From contig NC_045708.1 of the NCBI RefSeq assembly GCF_009834535.1, forward strand, positions 22,568,001 through 22,632,000: a stretch of 64,000 nt of DNA, read 5' to 3'. This stretch comes from Camelus ferus. Its lineage: Eukaryota. The position numbers and the translations under genes are program-made. The notes below the pieces were generated by a model. That model ran no database searches. It was given only the letters and a program-made list of their open reading frames with translations, and had not been told where the DNA came from. This document shows, one piece after another, positions 19,201 to 34,200 of this stretch. Position 1 is the first letter of the stretch. Each line of letters starts with the position of its first letter.

Positions 19201-22200
19201 CTCTGTTCTTTTTTTTTTAATGTCTTTATAAAATATTGAGTAGAATTTTTATAAAATATATGTAGGGTATAAAGAATCACATTATAATTAATACTACCTA
19301 GTTTAAGAAAAGGAATATTTTCATGGCTGCTAAAGCCCCTGTATGTCCTTCCCTGATCCTTTCTTCTTCCCCAGAGTTAATCTCTGCGCTGAACTTGGGG
19401 GTTTATTATTTCCTTTTCTTTATAAGTTTATCAGTATATATTCTTAAAAAATACATTTTTCAGTTTTACATGTTTGAATGTTATGTAAATAGAGCCATAC
19501 AGTATTTATTATGTGACTTTCCTGTTTTCCTCAACATGTTCCTGAGAGTCATTCATGTTGATACATGTAGCTGTATTTATTTTCACTGTATTTCATGGAA
19601 AGAATATACTACAAGTTGTCTATTTTATTGTTAGTGGGCATTTGATTTGTTTCTAGTTTTGAGCTATTACAAACACTGCTGCTGTGAACATTCTTGAACA
19701 TGTTCCTTGGTGCACATGTGCTGTAGAGTTTCACTAAGGGATGTACTAGGAGTAGAGTTGCTGGGTCAGGATGTATGCACAGTCACCCTTATTAGGTAAT
19801 GCCAGAATGGTTTCCAGTTGCCACCAATGTAGAATTGCAGTTGCTCCAAGTCCTTGCCAACACTTGATTTTGTCATGTTTACATTTTTTTGGCCAGTTTA
19901 GATATACATGAAATGGTATCTTACTACTTTAATTTGTATTTCCCTGGTTACTAGTGAGGTCGAGGATCTTTTTACAGATTTCCCCATTGAAGTTCCTGTT
20001 CAAGCCTTCTATGTATTTTTCTTTTTGATTGTCTGGTTTTTGTTTTCTTTTTGTTTTAATAGGACCTCAGATACACAGAATTGGGTTACTCATTATCTTT
20101 GGCTTATAAGCATCAAAAGAAGGTTCATGCTTGGCCTTCTTTTTAAAAATTTTTTTATTTATTCATTCATTTTTTACTTAAATATTTTAATAGTGCAATG
20201 AACATCTATATTCCTACATCCCACTGTTCTAAATTTCATGTTTGTCATTCTCTTGCTTATCATATTATTCTCCTATGTTTATCATGTGTGCATGTGCCTA
20301 AACAATGTATAGTATTCATTTACTTGTTTTTGACTTTTTGAAAAAGGTCTCATGCTATGTATAGTCTTCTGGGACTTGCTTTTATCTCACTGTTGTATTT
20401 GTAAAATCTATCCACCTGAATTCTTTCATTTTTCTCTGCTGAATAATATTTTATCATGTTAGTATACTGCAATTTATCCATTGACCTATGATCTTAATTT
20501 GTATCTAAGCTTTAAATATTAGGACTATGAATATTCTTGTACATGTCTCTTAGTGCATACATGTAAAATTTTCTTGGGGCTATTTCTCTAGGAGTGGAAT
20601 TGCTGGACAATCGGGTATGTGAATATTAAATGCCAAGTGTTTTTCAGTGTGGTTGAATAAACTGGCAATGTGTAAGAGATACCCTGATTCACATCCTCTC
20701 CTACATTTGGAATTAGACTTTAAATTTTGCCAATCAAATGGATGAAAAAAACGATATGTAGTTGTGGTCTTGATTTGCATTTTGCTAGTGACCAGTGAAA
20801 CTGAGTATCTCTTTATATGTTTATTAACCATTTGTATGTCCTCTACTGTGAAATGTCTTCATTTCTTTTGCCCATTTTCCTCTTGGGTTGTTTGCCTTTC
20901 TTTTTCTTACCAATTCGTAACAGTACTTTATATATTTTGGTATATATACTTCATTGTTAGTATATTGCTATAAATATTTTCTACTCTGGTTTTGTTTTTC
21001 AATCTAATGTGTCTTTAATGAACAGAGATAATTTTAATATAGCCATATTTATTGTTTCTTTTATAAGTGCTTTTTATGTCTTAAGAAATCCTTCCCAACC
21101 CATAAAGTATTCTTCTATGTTAATCTTTTAAAATCTTTGTAGGTTTGCTTTTCACACACAGGTATTTACTATATCTAGAATTGATTTTTTTAATAAGGTT
21201 TGAAGTAGGGAATCCACTGAAATTTTTTCCCCCATATAGTCCTACCTAATTTATTGAAAAGTCTATTGTTTCCCTCCTAATCTAAGTGCCACCACTTTTA
21301 TATATGAAATGTCCATATTTATTAATTAATTGCACAAATACTTATTAAGCACCTACTTTATGCCGGGAACTATGTGTGAGTCTGGTTCTCGGCTCTATGT
21401 TCTGTTGACTTGGTCTGTTTATTGCCCCATATGCCAGTACCACAGTGGGTTAATTATAATAGCTTTTTATTAAGTCTTCATATCTAGTAGCACAAGTCCT
21501 CCCACCTTGTTATTCTTAAAAAAAAAAAAGAAAAAGTGACTTGCTATTTGCTCTTTGTACTTCTGTATAAATTTTAGAGTTAACTCATCAAGTGCTACAA
21601 ATAAATCTACTGGGATATTGGTTGAAATTTCATTGAGTCTATTCATTAGCTTAGGGAGAATTCATATTTTGAGAATATTAACTCTTTGAATCCATGAACA
21701 TGGTATATCGCCATTTATTTAGGTCTTTTTAAATGTCTCATATAAAGGTTTCCTTTAGCTTCTTTACTGTGAAATATAACACATGTACAGAAAAGTGCAT
21801 AAAACAAATGTGCAATTTAACACATTGATATAAAATTGATATAAAGTAAACGTACGTGTAAACACCAACTATTTCAAGAAATAGGACATTGCCAGTACCT
21901 CAGAAACCTACATGTGTCCCTTCCTAATTCCAGCCTCTTTCCCCAGAGGTAACTAGAATCCTAACTTTTCTGTTAATTGCCTCCTTGCTCTTCATCATAA
22001 TTTAAATACCTAATTATCCACACCTAAATAATTTAATTTTGCTGAACTTGATATAAGTGAAATTATACAGTATACATTTTGTGTGTGTAGCTGTAGCTTG
22101 TTTATATTAATTGCTGTATAGTATTTAATTGCAGATTATTCCACAACTTATCCATGCTATTGTAGATGGGCAGTTGAGATTTGGGCTATTAATATAAAGT

Positions 22201-25200
22201 TTTATAATTTTCTCTATAAAGGTGATGTACATCTTTTATTAGATTTTTTTTCCAAGTACTTCATTTTTTTAATGCTACCATAAATTACATCTCATTTATT
22301 TTAAAATTATTTGCTAGTGTATGGAATTGCAATGCAGTTCTTTTTTATTTAAACATATATCTAAGGCCCCTGCAGATCTGATTCTGCTATTGGTTGTTTC
22401 TGTGGGCTCTCATTCCTAGCGCTTTTGTTTCCTCGTGTGCTTTTTTTGATTGTGAGGTCATGTTTCTTGGAACTTTGTGGCCTGGGATGAAGATGGGTTC
22501 TTAGGGTGAGATTTGCTTTTACTTTGTAAAAGAGGCGGTTTTTGAGATGGGTTTTGTCTTTCAGACTCTTGGGATAGGGATGAATGTCAAATGGTAGGAA
22601 GGCGTGATCACAGACACTGAGGTGGGAAGCTCTCTAGGTCTTGTTGAGGAAGGGTTGTTTGTCTAGAGTATAATATTTACAAAAGCGGGTAGGGAGGAGT
22701 TAGATTGGAAATGGAACCTTGCAAAGTTTCTTGATTACCATGTTAGAATTTAGAATCTTTTCTTGTGCTATTGAATGTTTTAGAGGACATTGACTTTTTA
22801 AAGATTTTTGTGACACCATTATGGAAGATAGTTTGGAAGAGGATAAGGCTGGATATAAATGGAACCAATTAGGAGGCCAAAAAATAATCCAAATGAGAGT
22901 TAATTTATTAGGACAACAGATATTTATTGAGCATCTGCTAAGTGCCAGGAGTCTGTGCTATTTTCTTAGAATGAAGACAGGCCTCCTCCTGGCCTCAGAG
23001 TAGATCTGGCAGTCGGGCCCAGATTCCTTCATGGCAGCAGTCAGCTAGAGCTGTGTAAAGGCTTGCCCTGTGCTCACTAGTATTTTATTTGTTTTAAGCA
23101 CCAAGTTAGCTAAACTTCCTGACTCTTATAAGTGCTTTAAATTTGGGCTACAGCATAAAATATTTAGAGGGATTCTAGAGAAGTGAGCAGGGACTCTACT
23201 ATTTTGATTTTTCAAGCCAGGTTAAAGAGTTTAAGCTTGATCTTGTGAGTAATGAAGCTGCTGACAGGTTTTTAGAGGGGAGTGACATGATTCAGTTTGA
23301 ATTTTAGACAGATTACTCTGGCTGTAGGATTGAGAACAGATTCACAGTTGTTACGGTTGAGAGTGGAATACCAGTTAGGAGATTGTTGCCATGATCCAAG
23401 CCAGAATGTGGTGGCCTGGGGATGGAAGTAGACAGATTTGATGTCTGTCTTGAGCAACTGAATGGGTGGTGGTGAGAATAGGAAACCTGGGAAAGAAGCA
23501 CAGAGGAGAAATAAGGTGGTGGATGCAATTGAGATGACAGAGATACAATGAAAGGGATTGGCAGTGGAGTGAAATGGAAGTCAGGAGAGGACAGAGTTAA
23601 AGATGACACTTCGGTTTTCAGCAGGAGTGGATGTTGGTATCACTAACAAAAATAGCCTAAGAGAAGTTCTGGAAGTTAAGTTAAATTTGAATGCCTCTAG
23701 GCTCTCAACAAGTCATGTCCAGTTGAATTTGAAGTGCCTCTAGGGTTCGTGAGTGGGGCTGGTTGGAAAGTTGTTTGAACTGTGAATCTGGAGCTCAGAA
23801 CAGAGATAAAGATGGAGTGAGAATCTGGGCAGTCACCTATGTAGACGGGATAGTCAAAGCAGAGGCTTTGATGACATTGCCAAGAGGATAAGGGCTTAGT
23901 ATAGTAAAAACAACTTAGTATTTGGAGCCAGATCTTGCTTCTTTCACTATGGGTGTTTTTAATAAAGCAGTATCTGTCTTTCAGTCTTAATATTCCTCAT
24001 TATATTAAGTGAGGATTAAAAGAGAGTTAAATAGTACCTGGAGCCAGACCTCTGGGTTCCTAGTCCAGCTTACTAGCTGTGTAACCTTGAGTAAATTACA
24101 TTTAACCCCTCTCTACTGTAGTTTCCTTATTGTAAAGTAAAGATAATCATAGTATGAGCTTTAAAAGATTGTTGTGAGGATCATATGAGATAGCATATAA
24201 AGTGCCTGAAACAGTGGCTGGCACAGAGTAAACACAATTAATGTTAGTGTATTAAAAATGCTTTATAAACTACAGAAGTACTGGTAATTAGAAAAGAAGA
24301 GGGTTATCTTTGAAGGAGACCCACCTTTAAGGGATGAGAGGAAGAGAAGAGAGTTTTTTAAAAAGGTGAGGGTAAATCAGAATGTTGTGATAATCAGGAA
24401 GTTACTATGTCAAGGAAGTTTTAATGGGGAGGATGTGAGCAGAATTGTTGGTGTGATGATGATTTATATAGGGTTTCTCATCTGTTTCAGTTATTACTAA
24501 TCACTCCTTTTTGAACTCTAAGAGCCATTTGGCCCATAATTATATACTATATTTAATACTAAAAAGAAGTAATAATTTGTAAAGTGCTTTACAGCTTACA
24601 AAGAGATATATAACAGTCTCACCCAATTCTCACAACTTCCCTGTGTGGTAGATGTCATTATCCCTGTTTAGTCAATGAAACTGAGGCTCAAGAGATAGAC
24701 TTGCCACCACCACAATTAAAAACTTAAAAACAATTTTTTAAAATGAAAAACAACAAAAAAAGCAGATTTGCCTAAGCAATGAGCTTGAATTGCAGTCTAG
24801 ATCTTGAGATACTGAATATCTCTTGATAATCTTATTTGCTTACCTAGGTTGTGAGTTTCTTGAGACCTGAATCTGATCAGTAATTTTTTTTATTCCGTAT
24901 AGCTCAGTGCTCAGTGCTGAGTGAAGACTGGCAGTGGTCAAGAATAACATGCTCTTTCTCCCCTCTGCCCTCTAGCGCCCCCACAAAGCCAATGCTGAGG
25001 AGATGACCAAGTACCACAGTGATGACTACATTAAATTCTTGCGCTCCATCCGCCCAGATAACATGTCTGAATACAGCAAGCAGATGCAGAGATGTAAGTC
25101 CATTCTGTTTCCTCCCTACTCTCAAGCCCCCAGTTGGATCGCCCTTCAGTTAGAGAGGCTCACCCTGCCTTCCCTTGTGTCCCCTATTCAGCTGACACCT

Positions 25201-28200
25201 GATTTTCCCTGCTTTGTAATAAGGGTGCCAAAGTGCTTCTTTTTTCTCAAGTTTGGTTTTCCTTATTTCCTGATTGTAAGGAATAGAGATTGAACTTTGT
25301 CCGGTTTGGTTCACAACACTATACCCCCCAAACTGTAATTGTTGTAATGGAGAAAGCACTGACGTGGAGGGGGAGACAGGAGATACAGGTCCCAGCTCTG
25401 ACTCTTTAACTGACTGGGCAAGTCACTTCCCCTAAGATTTTTCTTTTGTAAAATGAACTGGATGTCATTCCATGCAACTGTAACTACTCTTACTTTGTGC
25501 ATATTAATTGAGAATTTAGCACCACTTTAGAATAGACTCTCTATGATGTAACCTTCGAGTTGAGGTGATTCTACCCATGTTCCCTGGGACTTGAAACTCA
25601 GAACAGGTCCCATCTCAGAAGCCACACCCTGTTTATAGGAATTATCAGGATTATTTTAGCTGTGAGGGAAAAATATGTTGAAATTTAGGAAGAAACTGTC
25701 ATATCTGATTTCTCCCTTGTGTTATTTTATAAAATATTTCTTAGCACCTAAGATCTCATAATCAAACAATGTAACAGTGTTGTCCAGAAGTTTTGATTAG
25801 TTTATTTTATAGCTTATTTTGAGCTATCAGGAAATCTGTGGCACGTTTTTGTTGCTACTGGCCACAAGGTAGTCTGATTTCCAAGGTTATTTGTTACAAT
25901 AATTGTGCAGTGGTAATGATTACAGAACCGCAGAGACCTTTTCTGAAGCATTAAGCTTTTTTGCCACCCACAACTCCAGGAGCTGCTGCCCCATCTAAGT
26001 GAAGTATTTACTGTCTGAATTGGCAGGGTCCTGTTTCCTTCCAAGGTGAGGCAGTTTCATTCCTTTGCACTAGATGGCTTTAGGGGTTTCCATAACTTAT
26101 TTAGGCCAGCAATCAGGCTCCACTATCAGCAGAGAGGGCTCTCATTAGAGAAGCAACTTGGTATTGAAGCAAGAGAATGAACTTTGATATCTTGATTTGA
26201 ATCCTTTAGCTCTGCCACTTAGCTGTGTGTTCTTAAGTAATCCCCTAGCCTCTCAGAGCCTTGTTTTCCCTTTAAAAAGGAGACAAGGTGGGGGAGTATA
26301 GCTGAAATAGTAGAGCGCATACTTAGCATGCATGAGGTCCTGGGTTCAATCCCCAGAACCTCCATTAAAAAAAAAACACAAATAATAAATAAGTAGACCT
26401 AATGACCACCCCCCCAAAAAAAAATTAAAAAAAAAGGAAGGCAATAGTGCCTATTTCATAATGGAAGTTGGGGGATAAGTAAGATAATGTATTTAAAGTA
26501 CCGACTATCAGTAAGTGGTAGCTTTTGCTCTCCTTAGCTATTTTCAAATCTGTCAAGGCAGACAACATATTAGGCCCTTGGGAGGGCACAGGTTTGGCTC
26601 TGGCTCCCAGTCTGCTCCAGTTTTCTTGAAATCGGCTTTCTCAAGTTGTGCATGAAAAAATTAGGTCTGAGATTTTCTCTCATTGAAGGTGGGGGTAGGA
26701 AGAACGAGGCTTTCTAAGGACTTCAAGGCACCTTACTGACTTGATTCAGGAAGTTCTAGAGGGGAGGGTATAGCTCAAGAGGTAGAGCATATGCTTAGCT
26801 TAGCATGCAGGAGATCCTGGGTTCAATCCCCAGTACCTCCTCTAAAAGTAAATAAACCTAATTCCTTCCCCCCCAAAAAATAATAAATTAAAAAAAAAAG
26901 AGAAGGTTCTAGAGAGGTGTCACTTAGGGCAGTGCTTTATAATCAGGGTTGTCTACAGAAATAATAACAGCGATATAAAAGCTGAACTCTTTTTCAGTAT
27001 TTACCAACACCTGACCTAGGAAGTTATACCTGTAATAAGAGCAAATAAATAAGGTTTCCTTGCTCCTGGCTAGCATATAATTTAAATGCTTTGTGGTCAC
27101 TTTGAGAATCTTAATGAGAAGTTCTGACCTAGTATTTAAGAATTGAAAATGGGAACATGAATAAATGCCGTTTTTTTGACAGATAGTCTATCAGAACATG
27201 AGGCCCATGATAGAAACATGATAAAAGGGACTTACGGTGGTAAATTTAGGGGCCATTCTTGTCCATTTTATAGATATATAAACTGAGACCCAGGGAGGTG
27301 AATGGACTTTCCCAGGGTCATACAAGATAGTGGTAGAATGGAGAATGGAAATCTAGTCTCTTAATTCTGGAGTATTTTAAAATATGCTGCATATAAAATA
27401 TTTCAGACATAGCAAAAAAAGTGTAAAAATAATATAATGAACATCCATGTCCCCACAATCACCCTAAGAAATAAAACATTACCAGTACAGTTGAAGCCCC
27501 CCGGGTGCATCTCCTAGATCACATGCCCTTTCTCTTCTACTCCCACCTCCACCAAATTACGAGCCCCCCCCCCAAGGCTTAAGCACCATCCTGAAGTCAG
27601 TGTTTAATCCCATGCATCTCTTTCTGCAATAGACTTTATACTGCCTTCTCCACCTATGTCTGCTTCGCCATCTCTCACCCAGTATTGCTCCCGTTCAGTC
27701 TAAAGCCAGCCTAAGAATGAGAAAAGTATTTATAGTGGGAAGAGGGAAAACTCATATTAAAGTCCTCCCTTGCTTCACAGATTAGCCCACGTGAAGGTCT
27801 GCTCTCCCATTTTACCCTTCTTCCATCTGTAATCACGCAGCTCCATTTGGCTGGGAATAATGGGCTGGCCATTTGAGCTACATGTTGGTTTAAGGCCTGA
27901 AGGAAAATACTTTTTTCCCTGTTTCTAAAATACCGGTTTAGTCTCATGGGGGCCCCACATCCCAAACAGGAGTATAAGCAAAGCTTTGGAAACCCAGGCA
28001 GGCCAAACTCACCGAAGGAGGAAGTAGCCAGAGGGGGAAATTGATTGCCAGTGGATAAATAAATAACTTAGCCTTAGGGAGCAAAGTTCTTATTGACACA
28101 GCCTCCCAGTGTTTACCTGTTAAGTGGGGGAGAGAGCTGCCCACTGCTCACCCCTTCGTGCACGCCACACTTCCTCAGAGCACTTTTCTTGGCAGGGCAC

Positions 28201-31200
28201 CAGACCAGGGCATCCTCCAAGTTTAGGACAGTGCCAGTGCCAGAGTTGGTAACTCTTGCGGTTATTGCCAATCTTGAGCTTCAGCTGTGTCTCAAGAGGC
28301 TACTACAGTCCAAGCTGGGCTGTCCTGCCTGCCTCATCCTAGAGCTCCTCCTCCATGTTCTGCTTTGGGAACCCCTGTGGATAATAGTGGGTGCAGTGGG
28401 AAGGCTGGGGCAAGAGAACAAGGATCTAGCCCCACCCCTGCCTCTAACTTCTGTGTATCATTGATGTCTCAGCAGTTTTCCTTTTCTGTGAGAGGAGACT
28501 TGGAGCCATAAGGTTCCTCTCTAGCTCTGAGTCTACAACCTTCAGGTGTGCTTCCCATCCTGTCTTTTTCATTTCATTTGCATTTTTGTTTGCATGTGTT
28601 TCCTCATTACGTGTTAGTTTGTACTTTTACCCCTTTAGGCCTGAAATAACCTTACTCCAGTTGTCACTTGGTGTAGTAGAAAAAGCACTGGACTGTGGGA
28701 GTCAAGACACCTGGACTCTGGTTCTGCCACTGCCTGGTTCTATAACCTTGGGCAAGTCGCTTAACTTCTCCACATCTGTTTGTTCCTCTGCACAGTGGGG
28801 CTGATATTTGTCTTGTCCAGCTTTTATGGGTTGTTAGGAGAATCATGTGAGATTGTCTATATGAAATTACGGGGGAAAAGGCCAGCGTATATTTTCATAG
28901 GCTTTTAGACAGACCAAACGCTTGAATACCGCCTCTGCCACTTACTGGCAGATCTCCTCTGTGAGCTTGTTTCCCCATTTGTAAAACATGACCACATCCT
29001 ACTTCAGAAGTTGTGTGAGGATAAGTGTCATCAGGTATTTAAAGCATTTAGCACAGTGTCTGGCACACTGTTACGCATTTAGTTGGTGATAGCATGGATT
29101 TCTGTTCCTTGCTGGTCAGCTGCAGTGAGGTCCAGGAACGAACCCACAGTGGAGTAAGAGGCTAAATTTTTCTCCCTCAGGAATGAGCCAACATTTTCCA
29201 AGTACTTACTTGCTAAATGCTTCCCCATGTAGGATTTCTGTCAATCTTCTCAACAGTTGGGTGAGGTGGGTGTCATTATTGCTTGTTATAGATACCGAGC
29301 CAAGGCTCAGGAAAGTTACGTGACGCGCTCACACGGCCATTACATAGAAGAGCCTAGACGAGAAGCCAGGTCTTCTGAATCCAGATTCTGTGTTTTTTCC
29401 ATCAGCTCATAAATATGTAAATAAAACCTAAAGGAAATTGTGGAAACTAACCTTCTGCTTATGTTTTTCAAGTCAACGTTGGTGAGGACTGTCCAGTATT
29501 TGATGGCCTGTTTGAGTTCTGTCAGCTGTCTACTGGTGGCTCTGTGGGTAAGGAATATACATCCCTTCTCAAGGGCTGCGCTGGGTTGTGCTGGGAGGTC
29601 TGTCTGTTAGGCCGCTATCCCAGTGGGGCTGAGCTGTGACCGTGTGAAATGGTCCTGTGGGTTTTCACCTTAGGTTTTTAAAATGTCCTTCTGGCCCAGT
29701 CCCGGCCCAGGTTCAATCTGACATGGTACAGACAGGTGTCCTTGACTGTCCTCTCCTACCAAGACATCCTGTGTACAGCAATTCCCTGCGGACCTCATGG
29801 GGTTACTGAGATGCTATACTTACAAGCAATTTTTGAACTGCAAAGTGCTATAAAAATGGGAAGTGTCATCATCTGTGTCTTACAAAAGAGCATGGTAATT
29901 ACCTTTAGAGGCCAGAAATACTCTCCACATATCTCTCGCTTCCATTAGTAATTTCTAGATTACCTCCAGGATTACTCTACTCCTTCTTAACAAATATTTA
30001 TTTTTCTATGATCATTGTTTTCTTTCCTCCCTACTTCCTACTGCCTCACAATGTAATCTCAGAAAACAAAGAAGTGCATAGGAAGAAAAATGCCTACAAT
30101 CACACTGTCCACAGATAACCATCATTACCATTTTGATATTTGTACATCCATTCTTTTTTCTGTGTGCATGTATCTGGGCATAACATATATACATCTATAT
30201 TTTACAAAAATGTGTGATTTATATAGATGTAGTTTTGCACCTACATTTTTTGCTTAGTACCTCTTTAAAATTTCTCTAACTGTAATAATCTATAGCATGA
30301 TTTCCTGTGGCTCCATAATTATTCCATGTTACAGACCAACTTCAGTTGATATAATTGATTCCCTCAGGTTGCTCTCTTTTTGTTGCTGTTTTAAGTTAGG
30401 CTGCCACGAATGCACTTGTACATATGAGTGTGCATTTCTCTCACTTCTTGTACCTATTTGTACTTTAAGCCTCTACTACCTTTGGTATCTTCAAAATTTT
30501 TTTGACCATGAACGACAGTAAGAAATACATTTACACTTGCAATCTGGGTTGTGCATGCACATGTGTGCACACACTGTGCGCCACCGCCCCCGAAGCCAGT
30601 TTCACAAAAGAGCTAAAAAAGGTAACAAAAGGTTACCATTACTGTTAATTCTGTTATTTCCATTGTAGTCTATCTCATTAAAAAAAAAAATATATATATA
30701 TATATACTAATCATGACCCACTAAATGAATTTAAGGCCTACTAATGAGTTACCACCCTCAGCTTGGAAAACAGGTTTTTTTAGAGTAGCCAATATCATGT
30801 TTATTCCTGGTTGGAATAGGGTGTGGGGAGAGGACTGGCTTGTGAACTGTGGAATACAGCTGTTGAATAGGTAGGTCCCACCTCTCAACTGGGTTCCCTT
30901 GGCTTCTTGGGGGAAGGGGGAGTGTGGCTTGGTCACAGGCTTGTGTTCTTTCTTCCCATGCCCAGCAAGTGNNNNNNNNNNNNNNNNNNNNNNNNNNNNN
31001 NNNNNNNNNNNNNNNNNNNNNNNNNNNNNNNNNNNNNNNNNNNNNNNNNNNNNNNNNNNNNNNNNNNNNNNNNNNNNNNNNNNNNNNNNNNNNNNNNNNN
31101 NNNNNNNNNNNNNNNNNNNNNNNNNNNNNNNNNNNNNNNNNNNGGCCAGGTTCCCACTTCCCTCTCCCTTGGGCTTGCCTCCCTAGTTTGCTTTTCCTAG

Positions 31201-34200
31201 CATTGTGCTGGCTAGGATGTGTTCGGTGAGTGTCTCTGGCCATCCTCTCCTTGACGGGGTCTTGATTTGATCTGAGCCCACGGCAAGATCANNNNNNNNN
31301 NNNNNNNNNNNNNNNNNNNNNNNNNNNNNNNNNNNNNNNNNNNNNNNNNNNNNNNNNNNNNNNNNNNNNNNNNNNNNNNNNNNNNNNNNNNNNNNNNNNN
31401 NNNNNNNNNNNNNNNNNNNNNNNNNNNNNNNNNNNNNNNNNNNNNNNNNNNNNNNNNNNNNNNNNNNNNNNNNNNNNNNNNNNNNNNNNNNNNNNNNNNN
31501 NNNCCCTTGGCGCGTCCCACTCCCAAAGAGCCCCCAGACCCCCCTGACCCCCTTCTGATCCTAGGTATCATCAGAGGGTGCTGTATATTGACATTGATAT
31601 TCACCACGGCGATGGCGTGGAAGAGGCCTTCTATACCACAGACCGAGTCATGACTGTGTCCTTTCATAAATATGGAGAGTACTTCCCAGGAACTGGGGAC
31701 CTACGGGTGAGAATTCCCTTCAGGGGCCAACCAGCTCACCCTCAGCTGCCAGCTCTAACTCTCCTATCTCATGTCACCAAAAACCACCTTCTGCCTCTAC
31801 TGCCATTCAGACCACCACACCCTAGCCTGGGACACCTGCCATGGTCTCTTTCCTTTTCTTATTCTGGAGGAAGGGAATGATGGTACATAAAGGGTTGGGA
31901 GGGATGGGGGTCTCCTGACTCACTTCACTTCCCTCCTGACCACAGCTGAGTTGCATTACACTATTCAGATGTCCCAGACAGCATGAATTTTAGGCTAGAA
32001 ACATCAGATTCTCTCCCATGGGCTAGGAATTGAGACCTTTATGGACCATCTCAAGGGTTCTTAACATTTTTAGGTTACCTTCCCCTTTGACCATCTGACT
32101 GAAAGCTATGTACTCTCGCCTCAGAAAAGTACATGAAATTTTACATTTAATATCGAATTGTTAATAGACACTTCTTACTGAAGTCCGTCCATGGACCTCA
32201 GGATAAGAATCCTTGGAAGCTCATTTATTAAACTGCATGTATTAGCATGAATACAATGAGACCAGCCACTTTGCCATGCCAGTAGCCCCTGGGTGAAAAA
32301 GTGGCAATAATTCAGTTGTTTGCTATGGCAAACATTAGAATAAGTGAGCATTTACAGTCTTGAAGAATTCTTCCCTTTCTGCTTTCCTTCCACACCTCGC
32401 TAGAGAGGAGAGTGGGGAGTAGAGGAGTGAGCAGTAAAGCTCTCTGGAAGGGAAAGGGTTGTCATGAGGTAGGTGTTATTTCTGTGGCCAAGCCCCCTGC
32501 CACAGGCCAAAGCGAGAGGTCTCATGTTGCGGGGTAGGATATTCAGTCTCTGGCCCCATGAGCAGTTCTCAGTCTGGGTGCAGACTCAGTGGTGTGTCCA
32601 GAGACGTGAGCCAGACTTGCCAGTGAGGGGAATGGTACTAACCTGCTCTGTCCCTGGCCCACCTCATGGGCCCAGCTTATCTCTCTTAGAACCACTGCCT
32701 CTTTCCTTAGCCTTCCAGCCCCCAGCCTTGAACTTCTCCCTAGCTTCATCTTTCAGTTTTACTTTAATGTTCCTCTTGATTAGGATATTGGGGCTGGCAA
32801 AGGCAAGTATTATGCTGTTAACTACCCGCTCCGAGATGGGATTGATGACGAGTCCTATGAGGCCATTTTCAAGCCGGTAAGTGGCTTATCTGTCACCTGG
32901 GTTATAAACGGGGTTGGTCTAAGGAAGGGGTAGCAAAGCACCCCCAGAACAGCTCAGGGATCTCTCCCCGCTGAGGGGCTGGTTGGAAGATGAGATATGT
33001 TTCAACCCTGGATTGCTTGCTGTATGGCCAGTTAGGGGAACAAAATTCATCCAGATATTTATCGATGCCTTCTGTGGGCAGGCCCTCTGTTGGATACAAG
33101 AATATCTAAGACAGTCTGTGCCCTTGAAGACCTTAGTCTGTGGTGTGGGAGGCAGGCACATCCCCAGCGGTATGTGGTCAGTGCTGTTTCTGAGGGATGA
33201 ACAGAGAAGCAAAAGAGAAACTGCTGCCTAGGCTGGGGAAAGGGCAGTCAGAGATGATTTCACAGAGGTGGTGACATTTGAGCTGGACTTTGAAAAATGA
33301 GGAGTTACCTATGTGAAGGAGGAGGTGGGGGCTGGAGGGGAGGGGTGGCATTCAGCAGAGGGAACAGCACCAGCAGAAGCACAGAGGTGCCAGTATGTAG
33401 TACGTAGGCTAGTATGATGTCGGGGAGGAGTGTTGAAGGATGTGGTAGGAAATGTTTGTGGGGTCAGTATTTCAAAGGGAACCTTGAATGTCATGCTAGG
33501 GAGTTATATCTTCACCTGTAAGCAACAAGGAACCAACCATTACTAGAGTAGTAACCTAATAAGGTCAGGTAGTTATTTAGCAAACACCAATGCCTACTAC
33601 GTGCCTTGTAATAAGGGTGACAGAGAAGCCTGAGTTATGGTCTCTGTCCTCAGTTAGAATCTAGTTGTGAGAATGATGTATACGAAAGTGAAGTTCCTCA
33701 CAGTATAAGGCTCAAAGTCTGTAGGACCAAATGCATGGGGCAGATGCAGTGAAGGGTCAGAAAGACTTCTTAGAGCAAGTGGTACTGGAGCTTGGAGCAG
33801 AGATAGAAGGGAAAGATTCAGGAATCGATGAGGAGGCCATTTTAGGTTCAGCATTACTGAAGCTAGAAGGCTCTTGGCGATCCTTTCAAATTGGAGAACT
33901 GAACAAAGTAGGGAAATGAGAACCCCAAGTTGGTACTCCCTTTTCTGTATGTCAGCACCCAGCATGAGGGAGTGTGGAAAGGTAGGAGTGGGTAATAAGG
34001 AGCAGAAAAAAGTGCTGCACCCACACTTTTCAACCTGAACCTTGCATAGCTTTTCTTGAGGCTGGTAGTGACCAGGTTGTGTCCTTTCAGGTCATGTCCA
34101 AAGTAATGGAGATGTTCCAGCCCAGTGCGGTCGTCTTACAGTGTGGCTCCGACTCCCTGTCTGGGGATCGGTTAGGTTGCTTCAATTTGACCATCAAAGG

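Noticed and set aside
20580-20831. 83-aa ORF with Cys/His residues as a novel gene
   Set aside because: Decayed L1 ORF2 C-terminal domain
27780-27945. CACGTG and TACCGGTT (GRHL-like) motifs in HDAC1 intron 3
   Set aside because: Isolated short motifs expected by chance; no clustering
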